Shown: positions 1 through 9,444 of the stretch, one piece after another | How positions within the stretch are numbered: position 1 is the stretch's first letter | Layout: each line of letters opens with the position of its first letter | Assembly (NCBI GenBank): GCA_051546255.1 | Contig: CP128815.1 | Location: 620,001 to 684,000, forward strand | Length of the DNA stretch: 64,000 nt | Origin: Meyerozyma guilliermondii | Lineage: Eukaryota | Reading direction: 5' to 3' | Notes under the pieces: model-generated | Databases searched by the model: none | What the model was told of the DNA's origin: nothing | Seen by the model: the letters and a program-made list of their open reading frames with translations, nothing else | Position numbers and translations under genes: made by a program

Positions 1-75
1 TCTCGATCCTTCGCTATTGCTGCAGGTTAACGCACAATTCAACCTGATTTGTCCTCCGGCATCATTTCATTACCC

Positions 76-768
76 ATGCCAGACTTGGTGATCGTAGCCG
101 TTGGCGGTCCTTCCAGCTCGGGGAAAAGCACATGCGCCAACGCGTTGCATTGCTTGTTTGCAAATTCCATTCTTGTGCATCTCGATGACTTTTATTTTCC
201 AGATAGTAAAATACCCATAGACAATAATCTCAACGTGCAAAATTGGGATTGTCCCGAAGCAATTGACTTTGACAAGTTTTACCGGTACCTTAAAAACTTG
301 AAGCTGGGAGGTCTGTTGGAACATGACGCTCCATCTTTGGAAATAGATCCACACTTGAAATTGACTACTGATGAAATTTCATCTTTAAAGCAAAAATGTG
401 CAGCAATTATGCCCCACGAAACTTTGGTATTTATAGACGGGTTCATGTTATTCCACGACAAGAAACTTATTTCCTTGTACGACAAGAAACTCTTTTTTCA
501 CGCTTCTTATGAAACTTTAAAAACTAGACGAGAAAGTCGTCAAGGTTATAATACAGCTGAAGGCTTTTGGGTGGACCCTCCTCATTATTTCGAACGAATA
601 GTGTGGCCAGAATACGTCAGGACCCACCTGTACTTGTTTGAAAATGGTGATGTCAACTCTTCTTTAAACGAAACTGCTGCAAAATTGGGTGTTAAAAGTA
701 TACGAAACAACGAAGGAACAACGTTGAAAAATTTAGTGGAAGTTGCTTTGGAGAAATTAAGAGATTGA
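76..768 (+). CDS. NRK1: Nicotinamide riboside kinase
   Basis: P-loop GGPSSSGKST, HLDDFY, NWDCPEAIDF, GFWVDPPHYF..VWPEY motifs; first ATG at 76 (the ORF track start at 49 is TTG). Confidence 0.9.
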   Translation: MPDLVIVAVGGPSSSGKSTCANALHCLFANSILVHLDDFYFPDSKIPIDNNLNVQNWDCPEAIDFDKFYRYLKNLKLGGLLEHDAPSLEIDPHLKLTTDEISSLKQKCAAIMPHETLVFIDGFMLFHDKKLISLYDKKLFFHASYETLKTRRESRQGYNTAEGFWVDPPHYFERIVWPEYVRTHLYLFENGDVNSSLNETAAKLGVKSIRNNEGTTLKNLVEVALEKLRD

Positions 769-977
769 CAATAGAGAATAGAAGTGGAATTAGACATTAG
801 ACATAGAATAGTATATAGAATTTCGTATCTAGGATGGTTGCAATTAGATGATAGACTTATTACATTGAACTGACTATACACAGATTTCTAAACTTCAGCA
901 CTAGTTTTTTCAGCTAGGTTTTCTTCATAAACTTCAATTCTAAGTCGTTCGACTACTTACCTCTATAGTTTCTCATC

Positions 978-3900
978 CTACTTTTTCGACTTCTTCTTCT
1001 GCTTCTTCAACTCTTTCATCTCCTGCTCGTAAATGCTCGAAGCACTCTCTCCCTTTCTCTTTGAAACTTTCTTGTTTTTAATGCTCACAACTCCCTTACC
1101 TTTAGCTGCCTTGGTCACAGCATTTCCAGCTGCTTCCCAGTCTTCGTCGTCAGCAATTGCATACTTGTTCAAGTTGAGATTATTAATGAGTTCTCGTTGC
1201 TTCAACTTTAATTCATTGACAGCGTCATTACCGGCCTCCTCGAGATCATCTTCAAGTTGCTGTTCGATAGCTTCATAGTCAACATGCTCTTTCTTACCTT
1301 CCATTTCTTGAACGTCTTCGTCTTCCAAAGCTGGCATAGACTCTTCAATCGACTGGCTCAAAATTCCTCTAAAGTAAGTGGAGAACTTACGCACAATTTT
1401 GGCAAACATCGCCATGGATTGGTTTGAAGGCAAGTTCAATTCTTTCGAAACAGCATCGATATCCTTTCTTTGGAGCCCAATAGCCAAAAGAATTGCTCCC
1501 TGGACAGAAGACAAGTTGAGGTGATCGCTGGTTTTTCCAGAAAAGTATACTGATGCAAGCAATGGGAGCATATCGATAATGACATGGTAGTCCAACAAGT
1601 TGTTGGCGTACGAATCCAATCTCTTCAAATCAAAAGGAGAGAGAACTTCATCAAGTTGAGCCTTGGTCAATGGAGAGGAGTTTTTGAGTGCACCTGCTGC
1701 TTCGACCGCTTCAAGAATGTTTAGTGCTTGAATGCAAGAAAACTTTCTGAATTCATAGGAGAGAAGCTGAATAAATCTCTTATGGAAATCTTTGGCAAAC
1801 TCATTTAACCAACCCGATTCACGATCTGGAAGAACATTGATCATAACTGCAGTATGTTCGCCTGTCAACTCATTGGCTGTTTGCCGTAAGTAAACTGGAA
1901 CAAATCCTGCTCTTTTCCAAAACTTGTGTAATTGCGGTGTGAGTCCGTAAGATACTCCGAGGTAATGCAAATGGTATGGTGGTTTTTCTGAAAGCTTCAA
2001 CAATAAAGGTGGTAAGCTCTTGGCATCTCTCAACTTGATTTCATCTTTCAAAGATGCATTCGCCAACTCGTCATCAGTGATTCTGGTGATCTCGTGCTCT
2101 TTTATTTCTCTTTCGCTGATATCTGTGAACTTGCCTTCATAGTAATCTTGAAGAAGTTGCAAAGCTCTGGAACCATAACCCATGCCAGAATAATCGGGAT
2201 TGGTAGCAATACGAACCACTCTTGCACCAGAAAGAGACGCAAAATCTTCATCTTGAAACTGCTGAGAAACCAACCATGGAATCAAATCACCTCCAGCTCT
2301 CTGTCCACGAGATAAAGATCTCCGTACACTCTCCTTTGAGATTTCTCCTTCGAGTGCTACTTGCACCACACAAAGAGGATCGGGAATTCTGTTGTCTCCT
2401 TCCTCTATTGGTGGTAACAACACGAATAGTTGATGTGCTGGAGCATCACTCATCAATTGCAAGTCATTGGGAGAATTCTTGTAATGCGAAGCAACGTATA
2501 ATGCCATCATTTTCTGCAAAAATGTCTCTGAGACTGGGTGGTAAGAGAAGAGTGTATCTCTGTTAACATAGAACAAAGTACATTCCGATGGGTGAGGGCA
2601 TCCTTTTGTAGCAAATTTGGCATTCTTCGACAAGCTTACGTCCAAGCACAACAATTTGTTTAACCATTTTTCAACTGGGTCACCGGGAGCGTACCTAATA
2701 GGTTCATCAAGAACCACTTCCTTGAGAGTTCTGCTGTAACTGGTGGTACCAATAGCCTTGTTATCTCTTGAAACCACAGCCACTTCATCGTTGTTGTTTT
2801 TGGAAGTAGACTGGTCTCTCAATTGTTGGATCAACTTCAATGAAAGCGAACGACCAGTTCCTTCGTAACCATTGATAGTCGAAGACATGAACACAAGATA
2901 AGGTCCCATTAAGCTCTTGACAACTGGTAATGGGATAGCTGCTGCTTCATCGATAATCAAGAGCTCTGCTTGGCCCAAAACATGGCTATCGTTGGGAGAA
3001 ATATACTGGATGGTTTGACGATGTCCTCTCTTGATATCCACCCGGACAATTGCTTTGTTAAAAGCAGGATTTGTGGACTGGATGATATCGTAGTCCATAT
3101 GTTCGGTGTATCCTAAGGCGTCGAAACCTTTGAAAATGAACTCGAATAGCGTCTTCAAGTTTTCAGGCGATGGAGAAGTGACGAATATATTCGAATAATC
3201 GTGAGAAACGGCAGCAGCAATGGCAATGCCCAATGCGGCAGACTTTCCTCGACCTCTTCCAGCTGTCAAAGCAACAGTTGAGTTCAAAGTTTTTTCGGAA
3301 ATGACATCTAGAAAAGTGAGAATTGCCTGAGCTTGGTTGATGGTTTTTGCCAATGAAACCATGGCTCCAGCAGGCTGAACGTCCACCAAGCTCTCCTTGA
3401 GCTCCTTGAGTTCTCGTGCATTGGGAGTTAATTCATCATCGTCTTTGTGTGGTAATTGTTTGACATGCTTACCGCCGGAAATTGGGAGCACATTCAATTC
3501 ATCATCCACCACCAAACAGGTTTCACACGAACCCAACGAAAGCAAAAACCTCTCATTGAACCGCGCAACCACATCGTCGTGGGCTTCGGTACGGTACCTG
3601 GAATGAATATCCATAGTCATGGTGTACAACTGCTTCAAAGATGTCATCGACTTTAAAAGTATCACCACCAATCCTCCTCCTTCTACAGTTTCGATGGTAC
3701 GAGCCAACAAGTTGGGCGTGAGTGCTTCGAAATCTTGCAAGATGCACATTCCATAAGTGTTACCCAAGATTTTGTCTGTCTCTTTATAATACACATATCT
3801 GATGTGTTGGTTGGAAATAAACGCTTCAAAAGGATCTTGTTCGTTGACATCTCGAATCCCACGCTTGATATCCTTCTTTATCTTGGCTTCTCTCTTTTGT

Positions 3901-4109
3901 CTATGTGATGTGAACCCCAATAACTTCTTTTTGTATGCCCAAAGAACCGATTTGTTCATCTTCAAATCGGCGCTCATCATCAAATAATGCAAGTTAGGAA
4001 GCTGATTACGGGCCTTGTCGCCCACAATAAAGAAGAAACTACGCTGCTTCTCCTGGACTCCATTTCGGATGAGCGCAGGCACCCTGGAATCAATTGCTTT
4101 TTTGCCCAT
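978..4109 (-). CDS. KRE33: RNA cytidine acetyltransferase (NAT10/Rra1)
   Basis: 1043 aa; helicase P-loop TAGRGRGKSAALG, DEAAAIP, GNAT motif RIATNPDYSGMGYG, Lys-rich C-terminus. Confidence 0.97.
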   Translation of the reverse strand: MGKKAIDSRVPALIRNGVQEKQRSFFFIVGDKARNQLPNLHYLMMSADLKMNKSVLWAYKKKLLGFTSHRQKREAKIKKDIKRGIRDVNEQDPFEAFISNQHIRYVYYKETDKILGNTYGMCILQDFEALTPNLLARTIETVEGGGLVVILLKSMTSLKQLYTMTMDIHSRYRTEAHDDVVARFNERFLLSLGSCETCLVVDDELNVLPISGGKHVKQLPHKDDDELTPNARELKELKESLVDVQPAGAMVSLAKTINQAQAILTFLDVISEKTLNSTVALTAGRGRGKSAALGIAIAAAVSHDYSNIFVTSPSPENLKTLFEFIFKGFDALGYTEHMDYDIIQSTNPAFNKAIVRVDIKRGHRQTIQYISPNDSHVLGQAELLIIDEAAAIPLPVVKSLMGPYLVFMSSTINGYEGTGRSLSLKLIQQLRDQSTSKNNNDEVAVVSRDNKAIGTTSYSRTLKEVVLDEPIRYAPGDPVEKWLNKLLCLDVSLSKNAKFATKGCPHPSECTLFYVNRDTLFSYHPVSETFLQKMMALYVASHYKNSPNDLQLMSDAPAHQLFVLLPPIEEGDNRIPDPLCVVQVALEGEISKESVRRSLSRGQRAGGDLIPWLVSQQFQDEDFASLSGARVVRIATNPDYSGMGYGSRALQLLQDYYEGKFTDISEREIKEHEITRITDDELANASLKDEIKLRDAKSLPPLLLKLSEKPPYHLHYLGVSYGLTPQLHKFWKRAGFVPVYLRQTANELTGEHTAVMINVLPDRESGWLNEFAKDFHKRFIQLLSYEFRKFSCIQALNILEAVEAAGALKNSSPLTKAQLDEVLSPFDLKRLDSYANNLLDYHVIIDMLPLLASVYFSGKTSDHLNLSSVQGAILLAIGLQRKDIDAVSKELNLPSNQSMAMFAKIVRKFSTYFRGILSQSIEESMPALEDEDVQEMEGKKEHVDYEAIEQQLEDDLEEAGNDAVNELKLKQRELINNLNLNKYAIADDEDWEAAGNAVTKAAKGKGVVSIKNKKVSKRKGESASSIYEQEMKELKKQKKKSKK

Positions 4110-4131
4110 GTTTGCAGTAAGTCTGTTGATG

Positions 4132-4153
4132 TGAAAAACGAGATGAGGATGAG
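4132..4153. promoter_or_regulatory. PAC motifs (GAGATGAG, GATGAG) and partial RRPE upstream of KRE33
   Basis: TGAAAAACGAGATGAGGATGAG lies 23-44 nt upstream of the KRE33 ATG; typical ribosome-biogenesis regulon elements. Confidence 0.6.
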
Positions 4154-4391
4154 GCGTGCGGGAACCGGTTGCAGAATATGGGGAACCTACGACTACTTAC
4201 CAATGGGCACGACTAAAGTAGAACACAGCTTGCTAGTGTTGTAGTATATATGTAGGTCTCATTGGTACACTCCTTTATAAATTAACAAAATGTTGTTTTT
4301 TTATGGTCGTTTTATAGTGCGAGAGAAGCACCAAGATAACAGGAAATACCAATATCAATTCAATAGTATAAAACATCGCCGTTCGTCACTT

Positions 4392-4793
4392 TCACCACGA
4401 ACTGTCCTCAATAAATCGGCTAACATCAGCTTTTTGTGCAATTTCAAGTGCTAAACTTACAATATAAATCTCCCTGCCAAAGCTGAGATTTAAGCCGCAG
4501 TCCTCTGAAATGTCAGTGAAAAATATCAAGTCTTCATCATATTCATTGTTTACCTGGCTGATATCGTCGCTCATTAGTATGTGCAAAATAGTTTTGAAAC
4601 TGACTTTAAAGTGAAGTTCGAGCCGTTCTTTATACTTGAGAGCCTCTTTTTGCAGCAAAGAACTGTGTATCGTTAAATTTGATTCATCGTTGATTGAGAT
4701 TTGAACATAAAAGTCACTATTGTTTACAATGTACCGTATGAGCTCATGCAACAAAATAAGTCTTTTCTGCTCAACACACATAAAAAACCTCAT
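4392..4793 (-). CDS. Hypothetical protein (133 aa), unrecognised
   Basis: Only sizeable ORF in the gap; ATG at 4793; globular-looking composition; no motif recognised. Confidence 0.55.
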   Translation of the reverse strand: MRFFMCVEQKRLILLHELIRYIVNNSDFYVQISINDESNLTIHSSLLQKEALKYKERLELHFKVSFKTILHILMSDDISQVNNEYDEDLIFFTDISEDCGLNLSFGREIYIVSLALEIAQKADVSRFIEDSSW

Positions 4794-4800
4794 TAGTTTC

Positions 4801-4832
4801 TGACTCACTATCTCTCAATTTTGTCACGTGAC
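4801..4832. promoter_or_regulatory. Gcn4-type site (TGACTCA, 4801-4807) and Cbf1-type palindrome (GTCACGTGAC, 4823-4832)
   Basis: Exact consensus matches inside a 100-nt divergent gap. Confidence 0.45.
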
Positions 4833-4893
4833 ATGGCTGCAAATTTCTTTGCACCCATCTTTCTCAACAAACCCAACTGTACCCCATAGCGAC

Positions 4894-6288
4894 ATGGGAC
4901 GGCATCGTCGAGGTCACAAATTCGACAGCAGCACCAAAATGATGTCCCAGCTTCCGCCGCTAGACCCAAAGGACAAAGTTGCACCTCGTTCTAGGTACCA
5001 GTACAAAGTGGGACCGCCGTTTGAAACAACGTTGATTCTTCAAAATATTTACTCGGCAACGACAAACGATGTAGTTATTCCAAGATTAAGTGCACGAATT
5101 GACCGCGGGTTCGATTTTGTGGACTCGGTTTGGATAGGGTACAAACGCAATTATTTTAGTCTTGTGGCTGCGTTTGAGCTCTGTTCGCACCCAGGGCTTC
5201 TGCTCTTACAAGAGGACAAATTATACGTTGATGGTGAAAATGGGCGGGAATTCGTGAGAAACTTCAGTCTTCAGATATGCTGTGAATGCTCATCGGACGA
5301 AATTGACCCCTTATTGGTGCAACATACTGCCAAAAGAGACCGCGGACCCATAAATGAACCTACGGTATTTGTGGCCGTTCCTGGCGAATTACCAAGTCAC
5401 CAGGTAATACGAGAATCTTCCAATATACGCAACGGATCCAAAATCAGGGAGTTGGAAAACATGCTTTTTTTGGAGAAAACAGCGAGAAAAAATTGCAACC
5501 CTAATTCGATGCTAGCGGATTATCCTGCTGAAAGAATAGCGAGGGTTGCAAGATACGAACGAATCCAATTTTCCACCAACCTGTCACCACGACGATTCGA
5601 CATAGCAGGCGACTTCTTCCTTCAAGTTGAACTCACGGTGACTCTCATGAACGGAAATACCATCACCATAGCCACTACCACCACTCCACCTCTCGTTGTA
5701 CGAGGACGCTCACCATCAAGCTACATTTCCAAGGGGCCGAATACCAGGCTCCCTAGAATAAAAAAATGTATCCAGTTGCCGCTGCTTCCTTCGTTACATC
5801 TTCCTACCGTGGACAACAAAGCTATAGTTCCCACGAATAATTTTCACTTTTCGCAGATTCCAAAATTGGACATCTACAGTCACCATGCTGAAACCGACAG
5901 CAGCCTTTCCAGCGCCGAAAATCACTTTATGCTGATGTCTAGCGAAAACCAAACCAACACACCATTCATGAAATCTTTCGTCAACAATGCTTTTCTCTCC
6001 CACGAAAATACTGAACCGCCGTGCCCCGAATTTATCGATACAGCATTGTTGCAACAACTGGCTGTTGCAGCCAATCACCAGGTGCCCAGCCGCACCATTG
6101 CCCTAAACAGCTCGCCTATAAAAAAGATTCAGTCGTCCTGCATCCAGCCCGAGGACTTTGGGCTCAACGACGAAGTACAAGACGACGACCTTGTTGAGTT
6201 CCATGAAGAATTGAACTTTATGCGCGCCACTTTGAACCCGTATATGCTAGATTACTCCCCGCCAGTCTCAGAAAACTCCTGGATTTGA
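4894..6288 (+). CDS. Ndt80-family transcription factor (NDT80/RON1-like paralog, N-terminal DNA-binding domain)
   Basis: KVGPPF, RIDRGFD, WIGYKRNYFSLV, LVQHTAKRDRGP, ARYERIQF, TPPLVVRGRSPSSY; start is ATG 4894 or 4939. Confidence 0.9.
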   Translation: MGRHRRGHKFDSSTKMMSQLPPLDPKDKVAPRSRYQYKVGPPFETTLILQNIYSATTNDVVIPRLSARIDRGFDFVDSVWIGYKRNYFSLVAAFELCSHPGLLLLQEDKLYVDGENGREFVRNFSLQICCECSSDEIDPLLVQHTAKRDRGPINEPTVFVAVPGELPSHQVIRESSNIRNGSKIRELENMLFLEKTARKNCNPNSMLADYPAERIARVARYERIQFSTNLSPRRFDIAGDFFLQVELTVTLMNGNTITIATTTTPPLVVRGRSPSSYISKGPNTRLPRIKKCIQLPLLPSLHLPTVDNKAIVPTNNFHFSQIPKLDIYSHHAETDSSLSSAENHFMLMSSENQTNTPFMKSFVNNAFLSHENTEPPCPEFIDTALLQQLAVAANHQVPSRTIALNSSPIKKIQSSCIQPEDFGLNDEVQDDDLVEFHEELNFMRATLNPYMLDYSPPVSENSWI

Positions 6289-6383
6289 CTTGTCGAAAAC
6301 AGCCTTCAGGAGCTGTGCTCAGTTGGTGTACGGGTGCTATTTTCTCTCATCCACAAGTTCGGCACTCACATCGAACAAACGTC

Positions 6384-6723
6384 ATGTTGTTTTTCAGTTT
6401 TTTCAAGACCCTTGTTGACCAAGAGGTGACGGTGGAGTTGAAGAACGACATAGAGATCAGGGGAACGTTAAAAACCGTAGACCAATACTTGAATTTGAAG
6501 TTGGATAATGTCATATGTTTGAATGAGGACAAGTACCCCCACATGCAATCGGTCAAAAACTTGTTTATCAGAGGTTCCACCGTGCGTTACGTGCACATGA
6601 GCTCCAACACCGTGGATTGCACATTGTTGCAAGATGCGTCAAGGCGAGGTATGTACAATTTTTTTGCACTTGTGGTAGCCACCAATACTAACTTCAGAGG
6701 CTATGGCTCAGTCGGCCAAGTAG
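6384..6723 (+). CDS. LSM2: U6 snRNA-associated Sm-like protein Lsm2; exons 6384-6648 and 6698-6723
   Basis: MLFFSFFKTLVDQEVTVELKND...FIRGSTVRYV; splicing gives the expected C-terminus DASRREAMAQSAK*. Confidence 0.95.
6649..6697 (+). other. Spliceosomal intron of LSM2 (49 nt)
   Basis: GTATGT ... TACTAAC ... CAG. Confidence 0.9.
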
Positions 6724-6760
6724 GCATCGATAATCCTGTACTATATTTGCAAGCATATAG

Positions 6761-7291
6761 CTATTTTCGTAATGAATTCGAGTCGTTATTGAGTCTTTGT
6801 AGACACCGGGCCCTGGAATGGCCAGTTTGGTGGCAGAATGAACAGGTTTTCTTTGCTGACTTTTTGGGCTTTGGGGGATGCGATGAGCTTTGGTTTGAGC
6901 TTTGGTTTGAATTCTGGCTCTTGGGGCTTAAAGTTGTTATTTGGTCGATTTTGTCTACTTTGACCTCGTGATGGTGAATCGCTTGTAGTTTCTGTCTAGG
7001 TAAAAGAATAAAATCGGTATTTTTGTCGTTATTCCACACCTCTGTATCACACTGAGGACATTTTACTTGACTCTTGAGAGTTTTAATCAATTCGTCGTCA
7101 GAAATTTCGCCTTCTTTTGTTGAAGAAATGGCGGCTTTTTGGCTGATGGAATCATGAAGAGCATGTAAATATCGATTAATTTCGTTTATTTTCGAGCCAT
7201 ATTCCGTCTTGAGTTTCTCTAGTTCTCGGTTTTTCTCATTCACCACTTGGACGAGGCTTTCAATCGTTTTCAGAAGTTCTATAGCAGACAT
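6761..7291 (-). CDS. Coiled-coil protein with C-terminal CCHC zinc knuckle
   Basis: N-terminal heptads, CPQC, and CSFCHQTGHSRARC (C-X2-C-X4-H-X4-C). Confidence 0.8.
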   Translation of the reverse strand: MSAIELLKTIESLVQVVNEKNRELEKLKTEYGSKINEINRYLHALHDSISQKAAISSTKEGEISDDELIKTLKSQVKCPQCDTEVWNNDKNTDFILLPRQKLQAIHHHEVKVDKIDQITTLSPKSQNSNQSSNQSSSHPPKPKKSAKKTCSFCHQTGHSRARCLQRLNNDSNSLRK

Positions 7292-7363
7292 GTAGATGCA
7301 AAATGGAAAATTCGTTTCTTAAATAATTTTCACCACGATATATCTAAAAACTTTACCAAAATT

Positions 7364-7619
7364 GGTGCTGTGATGGCATTTGGCAGAAGCGTACCGAGCG
7401 CGCACTATTTCGGCTTACCTATCTTCGTGGGTCCGGTTCGATCCGCGCGGTCAGAATGTCTCAATTCGAGTAATCAATTGTGCAGTTCTAGCAGCGAGCG
7501 GCAGTACCACTGGAGGGAAGCAATTCAGCACAGTAAGCCGCCCGTGCAGAGGCGAAGCGGAAGACCCAGCTGTTTAAGGAGGACGGAATAGTGACTGGTA
7601 TGTCGACTCCACTCTTTTT
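7364..7619 (+). ncRNA. SCR1: Signal recognition particle RNA (SRP/7SL), Pol III
   Basis: 5' minimal Alu hairpin GTGC-TGTGATG-GCAT; helix 8 ACTG-GAGG-GAA-GCAA-TTC-AGCA-CAGT (7509-7534) with GNRA loop; helix-6-like GA-GTAA-TC; long-range pairs CACTATTTCG/CGGAATAGTG, GCGTACC/GGTATGT, GGGTC/GACCC; internal B-box-like GGTTCGATCC; T5 terminator 7615-7619. Confidence 0.88.
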
Positions 7620-7623
7620 ATTA

Positions 7624-9294
7624 CTATAAACGTTTGAACTTGATGGCATGTCGTATTAAGTTTTTTTCACTGGCTGCAATTATTGCCAAATATGTTAGGC
7701 AGGTAAAGCAGCCAAGAACAAGTTTTGGAAATCCATAAACCTGTAATTTTTCAGTAGTGATATACTGAGACAAACCCAATGCAATAGCCAAAAAAATTCC
7801 AATGCGAATTCGTGAAATAGACTGCCATATAGACGTCTTTATACCTCTTGTTTTCAAAAACTTTTGCATGTAAGTGGTGCAGTAGATTATGCGAAGAATC
7901 ATATTGGTCGAATTTGCAACCATTAGTCCCAGAAGACCTGTATTTTGAACTTGGATTAACCAGTACAGGAGCAACAAAATAAATGCTGTCAGTCCCAGCA
8001 TAAACCATGAAAATTTCTGGATTTGCAGTTCTGAGGCTGTAGAGCTGAAAAATGCTTCAATTACACCATTGAAAGCAAGGAAGGGAAGGTATAGGATATA
8101 CTGTGGAAAAATTTGAAACACATTGGTTTCTTTCCATATCAACGCTTTACTTCTTCCAAGTGCAAATTGAAGTAGGTAGGCACCGTTATTGTATCCTCCG
8201 AGCACCATAACCACACTCAAGTGAAAATACATCAAAAGAATGTATCCCATATTTTTCGCGGCCATTTGAGTTTGAGTTCTAGAACTTGAAGTCGAAAGTT
8301 CTTTGGATAGTACCAACCTAAGCGACTCTTCTACCGGCTGAAAAAGAACCCGAGCCAAGATAGAACCATAATTTGTCACAAGAGCATAAACTCCTTGTTC
8401 TTCCGCAGAGCAGAGCCAGCTTATCAAAAGTCGATCTCCCTCGGTTAGCAAATGCTTGAATATCATTTGAATAAAAAGACCTCTCCAAACTGATAAAAGT
8501 TGAGGTGAAAAGTATCGTTTCCAAACCAGACCCGCGTTGCTAATTGGTCTTATCTTGTAGCTTGAATTCCGGTACATTATGTACACCACAGCAGCGTATA
8601 CCAGCTGACCTGCGACATAGGCAGTAGCAGCATGCACATCATTTTTCGTTCTTGCAGCAAGAACCACACCAATAAACGTCGTTAAGCAGCGACCAATTAC
8701 CGCTAAAGATTCAATTCGAGACCGCTTTGAAAATCCAAGCTGGAACTGATTGAGTGCATACATGGGCTCAGCCATGAGCTCCATAATTACCAGAAACGAC
8801 GCCAAAACTGGAATTGGTGCATTTTGAGTACGGAGCGACCATACTAGCATGAACACTGTCATTGGAATACCAACAAACAATGGCAAGTGGCCAAAGTTGA
8901 CCACTTTTTGCAGAGACGATTTTTGAGAGGTAGCTGCATCGTCTGCTGCATCATCTGCTGCGTCGTCTTCATGATTTGATGCATGTGGTGCATTTTCTGC
9001 ACAATTTGCAGCCACATCGCTGTCGGCTCGTTGCACCGCTAAACGCTCTGCCTCTCTACTGAAAAACAAGATGGTTTGAACCACAAATTCCCAGTAGCTA
9101 GCTGTGCCCAAAACTGTTGGTGTCACGTACTGAACGAGCAATTGGTTGAGAGAAAACGTGGCTAATTTGGTGAAAATTTGCGTAAGAACAAGCAAAGATG
9201 CACCAGCAGAACTAGCCAGGCCAGAATTTAGCAGAGCAGAATCCTCATGTTTTGTGGACACCATTTCATCGTTGTCTTTCCCAGGCATAGACAT
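7624..9294 (-). CDS. RFT1: Man5GlcNAc2-PP-dolichol translocation protein Rft1
   Basis: Polytopic membrane protein; LFFSREAERLA, KHLLTEGD, QGVYALVTNYGSILAR..FQPVEE, YLPFLAFNGVIEAF. Confidence 0.95.
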   Translation of the reverse strand: MSMPGKDNDEMVSTKHEDSALLNSGLASSAGASLLVLTQIFTKLATFSLNQLLVQYVTPTVLGTASYWEFVVQTILFFSREAERLAVQRADSDVAANCAENAPHASNHEDDAADDAADDAATSQKSSLQKVVNFGHLPLFVGIPMTVFMLVWSLRTQNAPIPVLASFLVIMELMAEPMYALNQFQLGFSKRSRIESLAVIGRCLTTFIGVVLAARTKNDVHAATAYVAGQLVYAAVVYIMYRNSSYKIRPISNAGLVWKRYFSPQLLSVWRGLFIQMIFKHLLTEGDRLLISWLCSAEEQGVYALVTNYGSILARVLFQPVEESLRLVLSKELSTSSSRTQTQMAAKNMGYILLMYFHLSVVMVLGGYNNGAYLLQFALGRSKALIWKETNVFQIFPQYILYLPFLAFNGVIEAFFSSTASELQIQKFSWFMLGLTAFILLLLYWLIQVQNTGLLGLMVANSTNMILRIIYCTTYMQKFLKTRGIKTSIWQSISRIRIGIFLAIALGLSQYITTEKLQVYGFPKLVLGCFTCLTYLAIIAASEKNLIRHAIKFKRL

Positions 9295-9444
9295 TATTCC
9301 TAAACGTACGCACTCTCACGAAAGTGTGCGTAATTCTCAGCACCGCGACCCATCGACGCAAACTAGCCAGTGTCGACCGTAACAAAGTAAGCAGAAGTCA
9401 GGGCATCCAAAGCAGCTACCAGCGCCGGCAAACCTCACGCGAAA

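Noticed and set aside
6285..6971. 228-aa ORF containing Lsm2
   Set aside because: Artefact of a TTG start and read-through of the 49-nt intron; the spliced protein is 96 aa.
7247..7591. ORFs of 114 aa and 65 aa
   Set aside because: They overlap the SRP RNA, use non-ATG starts and show no protein motif.
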